Origin: a virus
Lineage: Duplodnaviria > Caudoviricetes
Reading direction: 5' to 3' (one strand)
Length of the DNA stretch: 42,936 bases
IMG/VR virus record: IMGVR_UViG_3300032319_000014
Span: 1-42,936 of that record
The notes beneath the pieces are model-generated. The model was not told the origin of the DNA and did not search any database. It saw nothing but the letters and a program-made list of their open reading frames with translations. The translations under genes and the position numbers were made by a program. Below, piece after piece: positions 1 to 8,298 of the stretch; the stretch's first letter is position 1, and every line of letters starts with the position of its first letter.

Positions 1-36
1 AGTTACGGAAGTAGAAACATAAGTCCAACCAGCAGA
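1..36. repeat. Imperfect repeat of window end (42901..42936)
   Basis: 33/36 identical; positions 12-36 are a perfect 25-nt match; encodes SAGWTYVS(TS/NS)VT in both copies. Confidence 0.95.
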
Positions 37-243
37 ATAACCACCTGCTCCACCGCCACCGCCACCGCCTGTTGTCTGTGTGCTTCCCGCACCACCGCCA
101 CCAATTACGATTGCATAAACTCTTTTGATTTCAGAAGGGATACCTGTGACTGTTGTTGTTCCTGTTGCAGTAAAAGTTTGTTGCAACTTGAGTCCGTAAG
201 GAGTATCAGTAAATGATGAATTGCTATAAATTGATGCGCTCAT
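1..243 (-). CDS. Glycine-rich virion/fibre-like protein, N-terminal part (runs off window start)
   Basis: ATG at 243 after GGAG; MSASIYSNSSFTDTPYGLKLQQTF...VYAIVIGGGGAG...YSAGWTYVSTSVT; paralogous to 253..1164 (PYGLRLQQT, VYAIAVGGGG, WGWT). Confidence 0.8.
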   Translation of the reverse strand, partial: MSASIYSNSSFTDTPYGLKLQQTFTATGTTTVTGIPSEIKRVYAIVIGGGGAGSTQTTGGGGGGGAGGYSAGWTYVSTSVT

Positions 244-252
244 AATTGTCTC

Positions 253-1164
253 CTAGTAGAAAAGGTAAAGTATTCCTGCGCCGCCTGCGCCAGCGGTTGC
301 TGGGGAACCACCACCCGCACCACCGCCTCCGCCACCGCCAAGTCCACCAGCGCCACCTGTTGTACCAGAACCCGCAGTACCATTACCTGCAACTCCGCCA
401 CCACCACCGCCACCTGCGCCAGCACTTGAACCTGAATTTACACCAGCACCGCCTGTTGTTTGTGCGCCAGTTAAAATGTTTATTCCGTTACCACCAGCAC
501 CGCTTATATTGTTAGTGCTTGATGATGCTGCACCCGCACCACCGCCACCTGCTAAACCATTGCCACCATTTCCTGATGTATTTGTTGCTGCACTTGTTGC
601 AGAAGAGTAACCACCACCACCGCCTGAAATACCATCGCCACCTTTACCGCCAAGAGTAATTGAAATTGAAGCAAAACCTCCGCCACCACCGGAACCGTTG
701 GTGCCATTTATTGAACCTGATGTGCCAGCAGCACCACCAGAGATACCATAATAATTTGTTGAACCAGCAGCGCCATACGAACCAGCACCGCCTAAAATAC
801 CAGCAGCGCCGTTAGCACCACCACCACCAGCAATAATATTTCCATAACGTGTATAACCACCTGAAGTGGGAGTAAGCCCACCATTTCCACCAGCGCCCAC
901 AACACAAGTTGAGTTTGCTAAAGTCCAACCCCAAGCAATTCCACCTGCTCCGCCACTACCACCGCCACCACCAACTGCAATGGCATAGACAAAAGTTATA
1001 CCAGCGGGAATTGTGACTGATGTATCGCCAGCGTTTTTAGTTTGTTGTAAGCGTAAACCGTAAGGCAAGATGAAATGTGTGTTTGCAAATGGAGTTACTG
1101 AATCACCTTGCATACCAGTTGATACAGGTGAACCCGCTTGTCCTCTGCGATTTGGATTAGCCAT
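253..1164 (-). CDS. Glycine-rich (polyglycine II-type) virion protein, putative receptor-binding
   Basis: 303 aa with GGGG/GGAG runs, AVGGGGG entry motif and hydrophobic C-terminal strand GAGILYLFY. Confidence 0.8.
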   Translation of the reverse strand: MANPNRRGQAGSPVSTGMQGDSVTPFANTHFILPYGLRLQQTKNAGDTSVTIPAGITFVYAIAVGGGGGSGGAGGIAWGWTLANSTCVVGAGGNGGLTPTSGGYTRYGNIIAGGGGANGAAGILGGAGSYGAAGSTNYYGISGGAAGTSGSINGTNGSGGGGGFASISITLGGKGGDGISGGGGGYSSATSAATNTSGNGGNGLAGGGGAGAASSSTNNISGAGGNGINILTGAQTTGGAGVNSGSSAGAGGGGGGGVAGNGTAGSGTTGGAGGLGGGGGGGAGGGSPATAGAGGAGILYLFY

Positions 1165-1526
1165 TAGGAAATCCTGTTTACATAACCTGAAATTGTGATT
1201 ACTGATGCAGTTGCGGCAAAGGCGCGAGTTGTCGCAGCAGTTGTGCCATCGCCTGTTAGCGGAAGTCCAGCAACGATTAGAACATCACCTGACTGCGGTG
1301 CGAGGGTAATTGGCTTTGCGTGTTGTACTGAGCCAGTGCCACCAAATTGAACTGTAAGCAATACTGGTGAAGTTGAAGTGTTATTGGCATATAGCCACAC
1401 TTCGTCAATGACTGAAGATGAAATTCCTGTTGCGTGGATAGTTGTACCAGTTGAGGCAGTTGCAACGACTGTAATTGGCTGACCCTGCGTTGAGCCTGAA
1501 AGAAGTGTCTTTGTAAAAGTTGCCAT
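1164..1526 (-). CDS. Hypothetical beta-rich virion protein
   Basis: 120 aa, Thr/Ala/Val-rich, coupled to next gene by TAATG overlap. Confidence 0.7.
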   Translation of the reverse strand: MATFTKTLLSGSTQGQPITVVATASTGTTIHATGISSSVIDEVWLYANNTSTSPVLLTVQFGGTGSVQHAKPITLAPQSGDVLIVAGLPLTGDGTTAATTRAFAATASVITISGYVNRIS

Positions 1527-1534
1527 TTATATTC

Positions 1535-1741
1535 CTATCCGAACACTTGGTTTGCGAGAATGTTTTGGTCATTAGAAAAATCTACAGAACCGCTACTACT
1601 TACAGCAACCCACGCTGAACCGTTGTAAACTCTTAAACCTGTTGTTGTATCGTAATACAAATCACCAGATTGCAAAGTAGGCACAGTTGGAGCACTTGCA
1701 GAGGACAAAGCATTTAGCGGAGTTAAAGATTGTCTACTCAT
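1535..1741 (-). CDS. Small tail-fibre-associated protein
   Basis: Contains the phage fibre motif GDLYYDTTTGLRVYNGSAW; GGAGG SD. Confidence 0.7.
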   Translation of the reverse strand: MSRQSLTPLNALSSASAPTVPTLQSGDLYYDTTTGLRVYNGSAWVAVSSSGSVDFSNDQNILANQVFG

Positions 1742-1756
1742 AATTGCCTCCCTCTA

Positions 1757-3283
1757 TTATGCTTGAACGACTACCCGATATTGGTTTGAAGTTGGAGCAA
1801 CGGTAAATAGTGCAGTTATCGTGTTAGTTGTTGCGTGATTTATGTCGCAAAGTACTTCCGCATAAGGTGAGGAATTGTCATAAACCGCTACTGTAACATC
1901 GCGTGTTCCAAGGCTGTGAGTAATTGTGTATGAAGTAGCAGAACCGTCTCCAATACTTGTCGCATACTTGCGGACAACAACTGATGTATCAATAGCAGCG
2001 GTAACGGCAGCAGAACCGTTAAACGATGTTCCTGTTAGCCCTGTACCTAGAGTTAAAGCGTTTGTTGTATTGGCTGTAACTGTTCCTGATGAGCCTAAAG
2101 CGATTGAAGTTCCGTTTACCGTAACTGCTGTATTTGTTAGCGCAACAGTTGTTCCTGAAACAGAGATACCTGTCCCCGCTCCAACATATAGACCAGTTGC
2201 GTCAGTAACTAAACCAGAGTTTGTTGGTTTTAGTATAGAAGCGCCGCCTGCTGCTGTTTGCAAACCGCCTGTGGACGTTGGTGCAAAAGTGAAGTTACTT
2301 CCTGTAAGTAAAATACCGTTTGAGGCAGTATATGAACCGGCGCTTGAAAATTGTGACCAGTTAATGGCAGTTGTTCCAACAGTTACAGGATTGTTAGTGG
2401 TACACACCCAACCAGTATCGGCGAGAGTTGTGCCTTCTTCAACAAATGTAAAAGCGCCAGCAAACTCTGCAGCTGTATCCATATCAGTTGCGCGTGTAGG
2501 CGCGCCTGTTGCATTAACAGTATAAATACCGTTTTCAGAAGCAGTTGCCTGATTTTTAATAAGAATTCTGTTACCGGTTGCAAGCGTTACGCCGTCAATT
2601 ACGCTTGTGTTAGCAAAAGAAGTAGCAAGAGTTCCAGCAGTTGTAGTTCCTGCTCTTACAGAAGCCTTTACATCTAGCCCTTGTGCAACACCATCTACAT
2701 AAGCCTTTGTTGCCGCATCTGTATCAGCAGTTGGAGTTCCAAGATTTGTAAGTTTGTATGTTGCCATAGACAAGTCTTGTGACGGGGTAAATGCGTGAGT
2801 GTGGTCTTGCTTTGAAGGCACAGTACCCGAACCTGCTCCACCAGCGGCACCGCTTATTGCATTAGGAGTTGCAGTACCTAAAGACGGAGTACCATGTGTG
2901 TGGTCAGCGCGAGCGTAGTTAGTTGAACTACCGTCACCGCTTGACGCGCCATAAGAAGTCTGTGCTGTTACTGTGCTAAACGCATTTGTCTGTTGCCAAG
3001 TAGAACCATTTGAATAATAAAATAAATAATTGTCTGTTGCATAATAAATAGTTCCTGAATCAACCGACCCTGCCGCAGGACGTGAAGCAAGCAAACCAAA
3101 TAGAACGGCATTACCAATAACTTCCCAACGAGTGCCGTTGTAGATGTACATTTGGTTGTCTGTTGTGTTGTAATATACTTGACCGGCAACAGGAGATGCT
3201 GGCGCAGTTGCCAAGTTTTGAATTACCGCATTTTGTAATTCGTTCTTGTTTAAGTCAATGCTAACTAAAAATTTACGAGCCAT
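1757..3283 (-). CDS. Tail fibre-like structural protein
   Basis: 508 aa; GQVYYNTTDNQMYIYNGTRW, two DHTH motifs, DAATKAYVD, RILIKNQ..ENGIY and C-terminal THSLG motifs typical of phage fibres. Confidence 0.75.
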   Translation of the reverse strand: MARKFLVSIDLNKNELQNAVIQNLATAPASPVAGQVYYNTTDNQMYIYNGTRWEVIGNAVLFGLLASRPAAGSVDSGTIYYATDNYLFYYSNGSTWQQTNAFSTVTAQTSYGASSGDGSSTNYARADHTHGTPSLGTATPNAISGAAGGAGSGTVPSKQDHTHAFTPSQDLSMATYKLTNLGTPTADTDAATKAYVDGVAQGLDVKASVRAGTTTAGTLATSFANTSVIDGVTLATGNRILIKNQATASENGIYTVNATGAPTRATDMDTAAEFAGAFTFVEEGTTLADTGWVCTTNNPVTVGTTAINWSQFSSAGSYTASNGILLTGSNFTFAPTSTGGLQTAAGGASILKPTNSGLVTDATGLYVGAGTGISVSGTTVALTNTAVTVNGTSIALGSSGTVTANTTNALTLGTGLTGTSFNGSAAVTAAIDTSVVVRKYATSIGDGSATSYTITHSLGTRDVTVAVYDNSSPYAEVLCDINHATTNTITALFTVAPTSNQYRVVVQA

Positions 3284-3292
3284 TGTTATCTC

Positions 3293-3610
3293 CTATATTA
3301 TGTAACCGGTGCCAGTGAAGGCACCTGTAAAGGTTATCACCATTTGATTAATAGACGGGTAACTAAATGTGCCTTCGCATTGTGTTCCTGCGCTATCTAG
3401 TATTACGGCGGTTGGATAGCCTCCTAAATTGTGATTTATTGTCCATACGCTAGCAGCAATTGCTTGAATGTGAGTGTAAAAAATGTCTGCTGGATTAAAA
3501 ATACCTGCCGGACCTTGCGGACCCGGACTACTTACTACAATCGTCGCTTCTTGCGGTGTTACTACCAGCGTCGTCGGTTCAATGAGTTGAACAATTACCG
3601 TCTCTGTCAT
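3293..3610 (-). CDS. Small virion protein with short collagen-like segment
   Basis: PGPQGPAG followed by WTINHNLG beta domain. Confidence 0.7.
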   Translation of the reverse strand: MTETVIVQLIEPTTLVVTPQEATIVVSSPGPQGPAGIFNPADIFYTHIQAIAASVWTINHNLGGYPTAVILDSAGTQCEGTFSYPSINQMVITFTGAFTGTGYII

Positions 3611-3957
3611 CGTGTTACCTGAGCGCTAACGAGTATTTGACCTTGTACCAATCTCGTTACAATGTTTGCCGAAGATGTTATTTCTAAATCGTAATAGTAA
3701 TACCCGGCCACAATGCTTCCGGTTTGTGCAGCCGTCGCGTGTACTGCAATCGTTCCGGTACTTCCTGTAATTACTATTCCCCCGGCCGGACTTGTCAGGC
3801 TTAACGCCGTTGTAGTATCGCTAGGTAATGAGCGTAGTTGTAGCGCAGCTGTGTAGCCGGTGATGTTTATAGGCGTATTTGTTGTTGTATCTTGGTAAAC
3901 GAAATTAATGTACCAATCTGCGCCCTGATTTATAGATGTATCGTATTCGACCGCCAC
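3607..3957 (-). CDS. Ig-like/BppU-N-like adaptor protein
   Basis: INQGAD...PINITGYTA.LQLR...YYYDLEI...RLVQG pattern typical of phage fibre adaptors. Confidence 0.65.
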   Translation of the reverse strand: MAVEYDTSINQGADWYINFVYQDTTTNTPINITGYTAALQLRSLPSDTTTALSLTSPAGGIVITGSTGTIAVHATAAQTGSIVAGYYYYDLEITSSANIVTRLVQGQILVSAQVTR

Positions 3958-3959
3958 GT

Positions 3960-5333
3960 TTACCCCTTTAGTTCAGCGCTAATCATAGCGGTTCCGCACT
4001 TGAAACATTTTAACGCACTTTTCGGCATAGGTAATCCGCACCCCGTACAGAAATTAGCGAGCGCCGTAAAGTATGTGGCCGCGCTGCTCGTTCCAATCAG
4101 GCTACTAAATCCTTGCACCATCGCGTCTAATCTGTCAGGTGAGTCCGGGCTATCCGGTGTCCAAATTGTCATTTGCTCTTCTAGTTTGTCGAAATTGCCG
4201 ACGTGTTTAATCCTGCCCTGTTCATACATTGCCGCTACCGGCTCGGCTCGCAATTTTTTTCCTATATGCGCTCGCACTTCCTGAATCGGTAGGCTCATAT
4301 CTACTTGGCGTAATACCGCACTTACCATGTCTCCTCCCTGATTAACTTCTACGAGGATTGAATCCGCTTTATGCGTGCGGAATACTTCTACCGCTTTCTG
4401 CGCCCATTCGTTCGGGCTTCCCTTAAATGAATAATCAGCAATTACGTATCCGTTGCCAGCTGCGTCGCTACCTAACACGATAATTCCGGTTTCGTCGCTG
4501 TCTTTTGTATTAGTTACTGCCGGGTCAATGCTTACCGCCAGTCTTGCCAATGGCGGTGCGCTTTCTACTCTGTTTCGGTCAATTACTCCCTTTGTCCATA
4601 GCGCGCCTTCTACGTCATCTAATATTTCGCCATATAACTCTTGCCGGCCGAGTCTAGTTCCGTTGTATCGAGCTTGTAATTCTACGAGCGCGCTAGGTGC
4701 AAGGTTAGCCGCGTTATCAAACGTCGAGCCTCTTACTACTCGTACGGTTCCGTCGGTCTTGGCCGTTAGTTGTCTAATCAGCGGGATAGGCCGAGGAGTT
4801 GTAGTGATTACGGTTTTTGGGTGGTCGCCTAACCGTAATCCGAATTGCAGCTGGTCGTATGTCTCCGGGTATCTCCATGCCGCTAATTCATCGCACCATG
4901 CGCCATGATGTTGCGGACCACGCAATCGGTCAGGTTCGTCAGCTGAAAATAACTTTATGCGGCTACCGTTTGTTAATTTAATGTCTCCGGTAGACCGGTT
5001 GTAATATTCCAGCGCTCCGTATTGGTGCAGTATCGGTATTAGCCCTGATTCTCCCTCAGCGCATGTATCTCTTACGTCACCGAACGTAGGAGCAATTACC
5101 GCCCAGCGTGTCCAATTTTGCGTTAGCGCTTGCCACACTATCCATTCCGCTGCAGTACGTGTTTTACCCGCTCCACGCCCCGCTAGGTACAGCCAAACCG
5201 ACCAATCGTTATCCGTCGTTGGTAATTGCTCGGGTCTCGCTAAGACCGCTTCCCACGTTGCCCTGCGCGCCGCGAGATTGTCTAATGAGTTCAATAATTC
5301 GGGCTGTGTGTTCAACGAGTTGCTGACCCTCAT
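3960..5333 (-). CDS. terL: Terminase large subunit
   Basis: Walker A AGRGAGKT, LRGPQ, Walker B WCDE, TTTP coupling motif, RNase H-like DPA..SDETG..DRLDA; GGAGG SD; C-terminal CxxC..CxxC. Confidence 0.97.
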   Translation of the reverse strand: MRVSNSLNTQPELLNSLDNLAARRATWEAVLARPEQLPTTDNDWSVWLYLAGRGAGKTRTAAEWIVWQALTQNWTRWAVIAPTFGDVRDTCAEGESGLIPILHQYGALEYYNRSTGDIKLTNGSRIKLFSADEPDRLRGPQHHGAWCDELAAWRYPETYDQLQFGLRLGDHPKTVITTTPRPIPLIRQLTAKTDGTVRVVRGSTFDNAANLAPSALVELQARYNGTRLGRQELYGEILDDVEGALWTKGVIDRNRVESAPPLARLAVSIDPAVTNTKDSDETGIIVLGSDAAGNGYVIADYSFKGSPNEWAQKAVEVFRTHKADSILVEVNQGGDMVSAVLRQVDMSLPIQEVRAHIGKKLRAEPVAAMYEQGRIKHVGNFDKLEEQMTIWTPDSPDSPDRLDAMVQGFSSLIGTSSAATYFTALANFCTGCGLPMPKSALKCFKCGTAMISAELKG

Positions 5334-5685
5334 ATACCGTTACCTCCGCCTGTATCTTCGTTGGAGCGTCTAAGCCTAATAGCCGCGCTCTTCGGTCTTG
5401 TATTCGTAATACTGTGTCAATCGCTCTTAGTTCGCCGTCTTTTGCCTTATTCCATATCCCTAACTGCATTCTGTCCAGCCGGTCTAATTCCACATCTCTT
5501 AGCTCTTCTAGGTTCGGCCTTACCATTCGCTCTGCAGCTCGCTGGTACATCTTGTACGCCCCGCTAGCGTTGCGGTATCCCACTTCCGCCGCAATCTTCT
5601 CCCACGTTACCCCGGCGCGTCGTAATTCAATTATCTTCAATTCCTTCTCCAATACTGCCGGAGATGGTGCATTTTTCCTGCTCAT
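5209..5685 (-). CDS. terS: Terminase small subunit
   Basis: N-terminal HTH (LRRAGVTWEKIAAEVGY), RRARLLGLDAP motif, directly upstream of and overlapping terL. Confidence 0.85.
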   Translation of the reverse strand: MSRKNAPSPAVLEKELKIIELRRAGVTWEKIAAEVGYRNASGAYKMYQRAAERMVRPNLEELRDVELDRLDRMQLGIWNKAKDGELRAIDTVLRIQDRRARLLGLDAPTKIQAEVTVYEGQQLVEHTARIIELIRQSRGAQGNVGSGLSETRAITNDG

Positions 5686-6224
5686 ACGTTTCCTTTTCCT
5701 TTGTATAAACAGTCTGCCATAATCTGAGTAATTTCGCTACTTGTCTTATTCCCCGGTAGGTAAATTGCTTTGTACTCTTCGGCTAGGTTTCTGTGTTTAG
5801 TGGCTCTTCCTTTAGCCCATGTTAGGTTTTGCGTCTTACCTGTTTCGGCGCTTCTTGCCTCTCTTCGTGCAGCTGCCGTCTCGTTATCTGTGTTCAGGTA
5901 GAACAGGTATAGCGTTCCGTAGGTCTTTGCTAAGTCGAAGTATGTCCGGCTTGCCAGTCTGTCGCCTTCTCCGTAAATTGTTGCCTCCGCGCTCGCGTAA
6001 AACTGTGGCATAAGTGTAATTACGGTGTTACCTAGTGTGTCTGTACCGCTGAAATGTTGTCTATCCCAGCCTAATGAGTAAATCTTTCCTAGTTTTGGCG
6101 CTTCGTATTCCTGATACTTGAACGGTTTGTCATACATATTTACCTTCGCCCAATCCTTTTGAAATTCTTTTGTTAGGGTTGTTTTGCCGCTTCCCGGCTG
6201 CCCTATTAGGTAGATAGTGTCCAT
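5682..6224 (-). CDS. P-loop kinase, putative 5-hydroxymethyluracil-DNA kinase
   Basis: GQPGSGKTT Walker A, GTD and EGDRL motifs; sits in an operon with an amino acid:DNA transferase. Confidence 0.8.
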   Translation of the reverse strand: MDTIYLIGQPGSGKTTLTKEFQKDWAKVNMYDKPFKYQEYEAPKLGKIYSLGWDRQHFSGTDTLGNTVITLMPQFYASAEATIYGEGDRLASRTYFDLAKTYGTLYLFYLNTDNETAAARREARSAETGKTQNLTWAKGRATKHRNLAEEYKAIYLPGNKTSSEITQIMADCLYKGKGNV

Positions 6225-7249
6225 TTCATCGCCTCTCGCTTTGGTGCGTTGCCTACAATCCAGAATAATGATGTTCCGTCAGGGTCGTTATACCAATCGA
6301 ACATTCCCGGATTTCTCTCCATGTAATGTAACGCCTTGCCTTCGTATGTCGGGTGGAAGTCAATCCCGCTTTTTCTAAATGGCATTTTGTCGCCGTACGA
6401 ACTGAACTTAGTTGAGTGCAGGTCGTAATGTACGAGCAGTATTTGCCCGTCAGTCTGATGTTCGTCTTCTAGGTCTTTATGGTGCATGTATTTACGTCTG
6501 TACTTGTCTCGTATTACTAGCCCAGTTGCGCGTTCAATCTTGGTTAATCGCTCTTCAATCATTTTTAGCCTTGTCGGACCGATACCGAATAGCGTTATTT
6601 TCTTTATGTTTGTCTTGTATTTAGCGAGGCCGTATAAAACGCTGACGCAGCTGTTGCAGCTCCCGGCAGTTATGGCTAAGTGCGTTATTTCGTCGGGAAT
6701 GTTTTGTACTTGGTATGCCCCTACTTCGTGGAACGCTCTTACGTCTTCGTCTGTAGCGTTATCGTCTACCGTTATCCCGTAATTGAGTTTGTAATAGCCG
6801 CTGTACTCCGGCGTTTGTAACAATTTCGTTACGTTGCTCTGTATCCCCGGGTTATACGCCACTTTGCCGAACACGAACTCTGCTCCTGCATCTTGCGCTA
6901 TTGCTACGTTTTCGTGTTTAATCGCTGTCTCCGGCTTTGTGCCGCCTAGTACGCAGGTAATTGGAATGTTGTAATGTTTTGCGACTAATGCCCCCATGCT
7001 TAATTGCGGACTTAGCACGCTTGCTCCGGTGATAATTCCGGGTACGTCTAATTGACTTATCAGGTGTAGCAGTTGTCGCAGCTTGCTTCCGTTTATGCCG
7101 CCGTAACCTAATGGCGCGAAGTAATCTTCTCTTTTCCAATATATTCCGTCGCGTAATTCCACCGGCGTTAGCGTATACATGTGGTCTTCCCACTTTGTAT
7201 TTTCTCTGTTTATTCCTAGCGTCGGGAATATTGAATCGTTCATAGCCAT
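6206..7249 (-). CDS. PLP-dependent enzyme (fold type II, ACC deaminase/cysteine desulfhydrase-like), putative modified-base decarboxylase
   Basis: LTPVE..WKRED..NGSKLRQ (PLP lysine), AGSCNS phosphate loop, PTYEGKA. Confidence 0.85.
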   Translation of the reverse strand: MAMNDSIFPTLGINRENTKWEDHMYTLTPVELRDGIYWKREDYFAPLGYGGINGSKLRQLLHLISQLDVPGIITGASVLSPQLSMGALVAKHYNIPITCVLGGTKPETAIKHENVAIAQDAGAEFVFGKVAYNPGIQSNVTKLLQTPEYSGYYKLNYGITVDDNATDEDVRAFHEVGAYQVQNIPDEITHLAITAGSCNSCVSVLYGLAKYKTNIKKITLFGIGPTRLKMIEERLTKIERATGLVIRDKYRRKYMHHKDLEDEHQTDGQILLVHYDLHSTKFSSYGDKMPFRKSGIDFHPTYEGKALHYMERNPGMFDWYNDPDGTSLFWIVGNAPKREAMKWTLST

Positions 7250-8298
7250 TCCTTTATTGTGCCTTCGTCTACCGCGTTATTGTAATCGTTTGCGTACTCC
7301 GGGTATTCCTTATCCATCATAATTACCTGCCCTGTAGTGCGGTAATGGTTTTGTTTAATCGGGTGTAGGCCGAGGTCTTCCGGGCTATCTTCTATACGCA
7401 GGTGCGCCGGTAGGCAATCTTTTCTTGCTTGCCAAAATATACTTAGGTCTTCCTCCGGCCAATTATCTTCGTTTTTCTGTATGCGCCCGGCCAGCATGTC
7501 GTTATACACATTTGGGTATCGTCGGTTAGGCCTATGCCAGCTCTTGTATGTGCAAAGTGTAGATTCTAAGGTGAAGTATGAGACGTCGTATTCCCATGGC
7601 TTACCCTTTGCGCGCTCTTTAGCCGCAATCAGTAGGTCAGCGCCTTTGTTTTCTAGCCCTTGTAACAATTCGTTATCATATTTTCCGTCGAATTCCGGGT
7701 TAGATTTATGCCAGTCGTATCTATCTAACCCTGCCACTATGCATAGCCCGTTGCGGTGCGAGCGCGACCCGTTTATGTCATCTATAAATAACGTATTGCA
7801 ATCGAACGGTACTCCCATAATCCGTACGTATTCTAAATATGAAAATGTGCTGAGCCGGCCGAACGTAGCAATCTTGCTTGCTTCCTGCCACATCGCGCTA
7901 AATCCTTTTGCAGCTGTCGCGTGCCAATAATCCTTTTGTGAGTCTCCTACGAGCGCTAAGTAACTGTGTATTGCGTCTTCTAGTGACTTTTTATGGTATC
8001 TCCGGTCAGTATCGAACTCTAAGCGCGGGTAATTGTCTATGTAGAATTGAATTAACTCTTTATGCTGCTCCGGCTTCGGGAATCGTTTATGCAATATGTA
8101 ACTTGTCACCGGGTTTTGTGTATTGCCGTTGAGGAACGCAAACCATAACGCCTCTTCGTCGTTCCATTGCAATTTATCTTTGAGGTAAGGCATCAGGTAA
8201 TACACGCAGCCCGGGTGTGAGCGGTAGCGCAGATGGAATTCGTAAAAGTCTTGGAATACTTGCTCTCTGTATTCCGGCTTTCTGTAGTCTATTCCCAC
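7240..8298 (-). CDS. Amino acid:DNA transferase (aGPT-Pplase2-like, HhH-glycosylase fold)
   Basis: FDTDRRY, FGRLSTFSYLE, GSRSHRNGL, LESTLCTYK and RYPNVYND motifs; kinase and PLP enzyme neighbours. Confidence 0.8.
   Translation of the reverse strand: MGIDYRKPEYREQVFQDFYEFHLRYRSHPGCVYYLMPYLKDKLQWNDEEALWFAFLNGNTQNPVTSYILHKRFPKPEQHKELIQFYIDNYPRLEFDTDRRYHKKSLEDAIHSYLALVGDSQKDYWHATAAKGFSAMWQEASKIATFGRLSTFSYLEYVRIMGVPFDCNTLFIDDINGSRSHRNGLCIVAGLDRYDWHKSNPEFDGKYDNELLQGLENKGADLLIAAKERAKGKPWEYDVSYFTLESTLCTYKSWHRPNRRYPNVYNDMLAGRIQKNEDNWPEEDLSIFWQARKDCLPAHLRIEDSPEDLGLHPIKQNHYRTTGQVIMMDKEYPEYANDYNNAVDEGTIKEWL

Noticed and set aside
1-36. Direct terminal repeat, or DGR template/variable repeat pair with 42901..42936
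   Set aside because: The match is imperfect and inside coding sequence; one mismatch is not at an adenine and no reverse transcriptase is present
1926-2525. 199-aa plus-strand ORF
   Set aside because: Antisense shadow of the fibre gene with no recognisable motif
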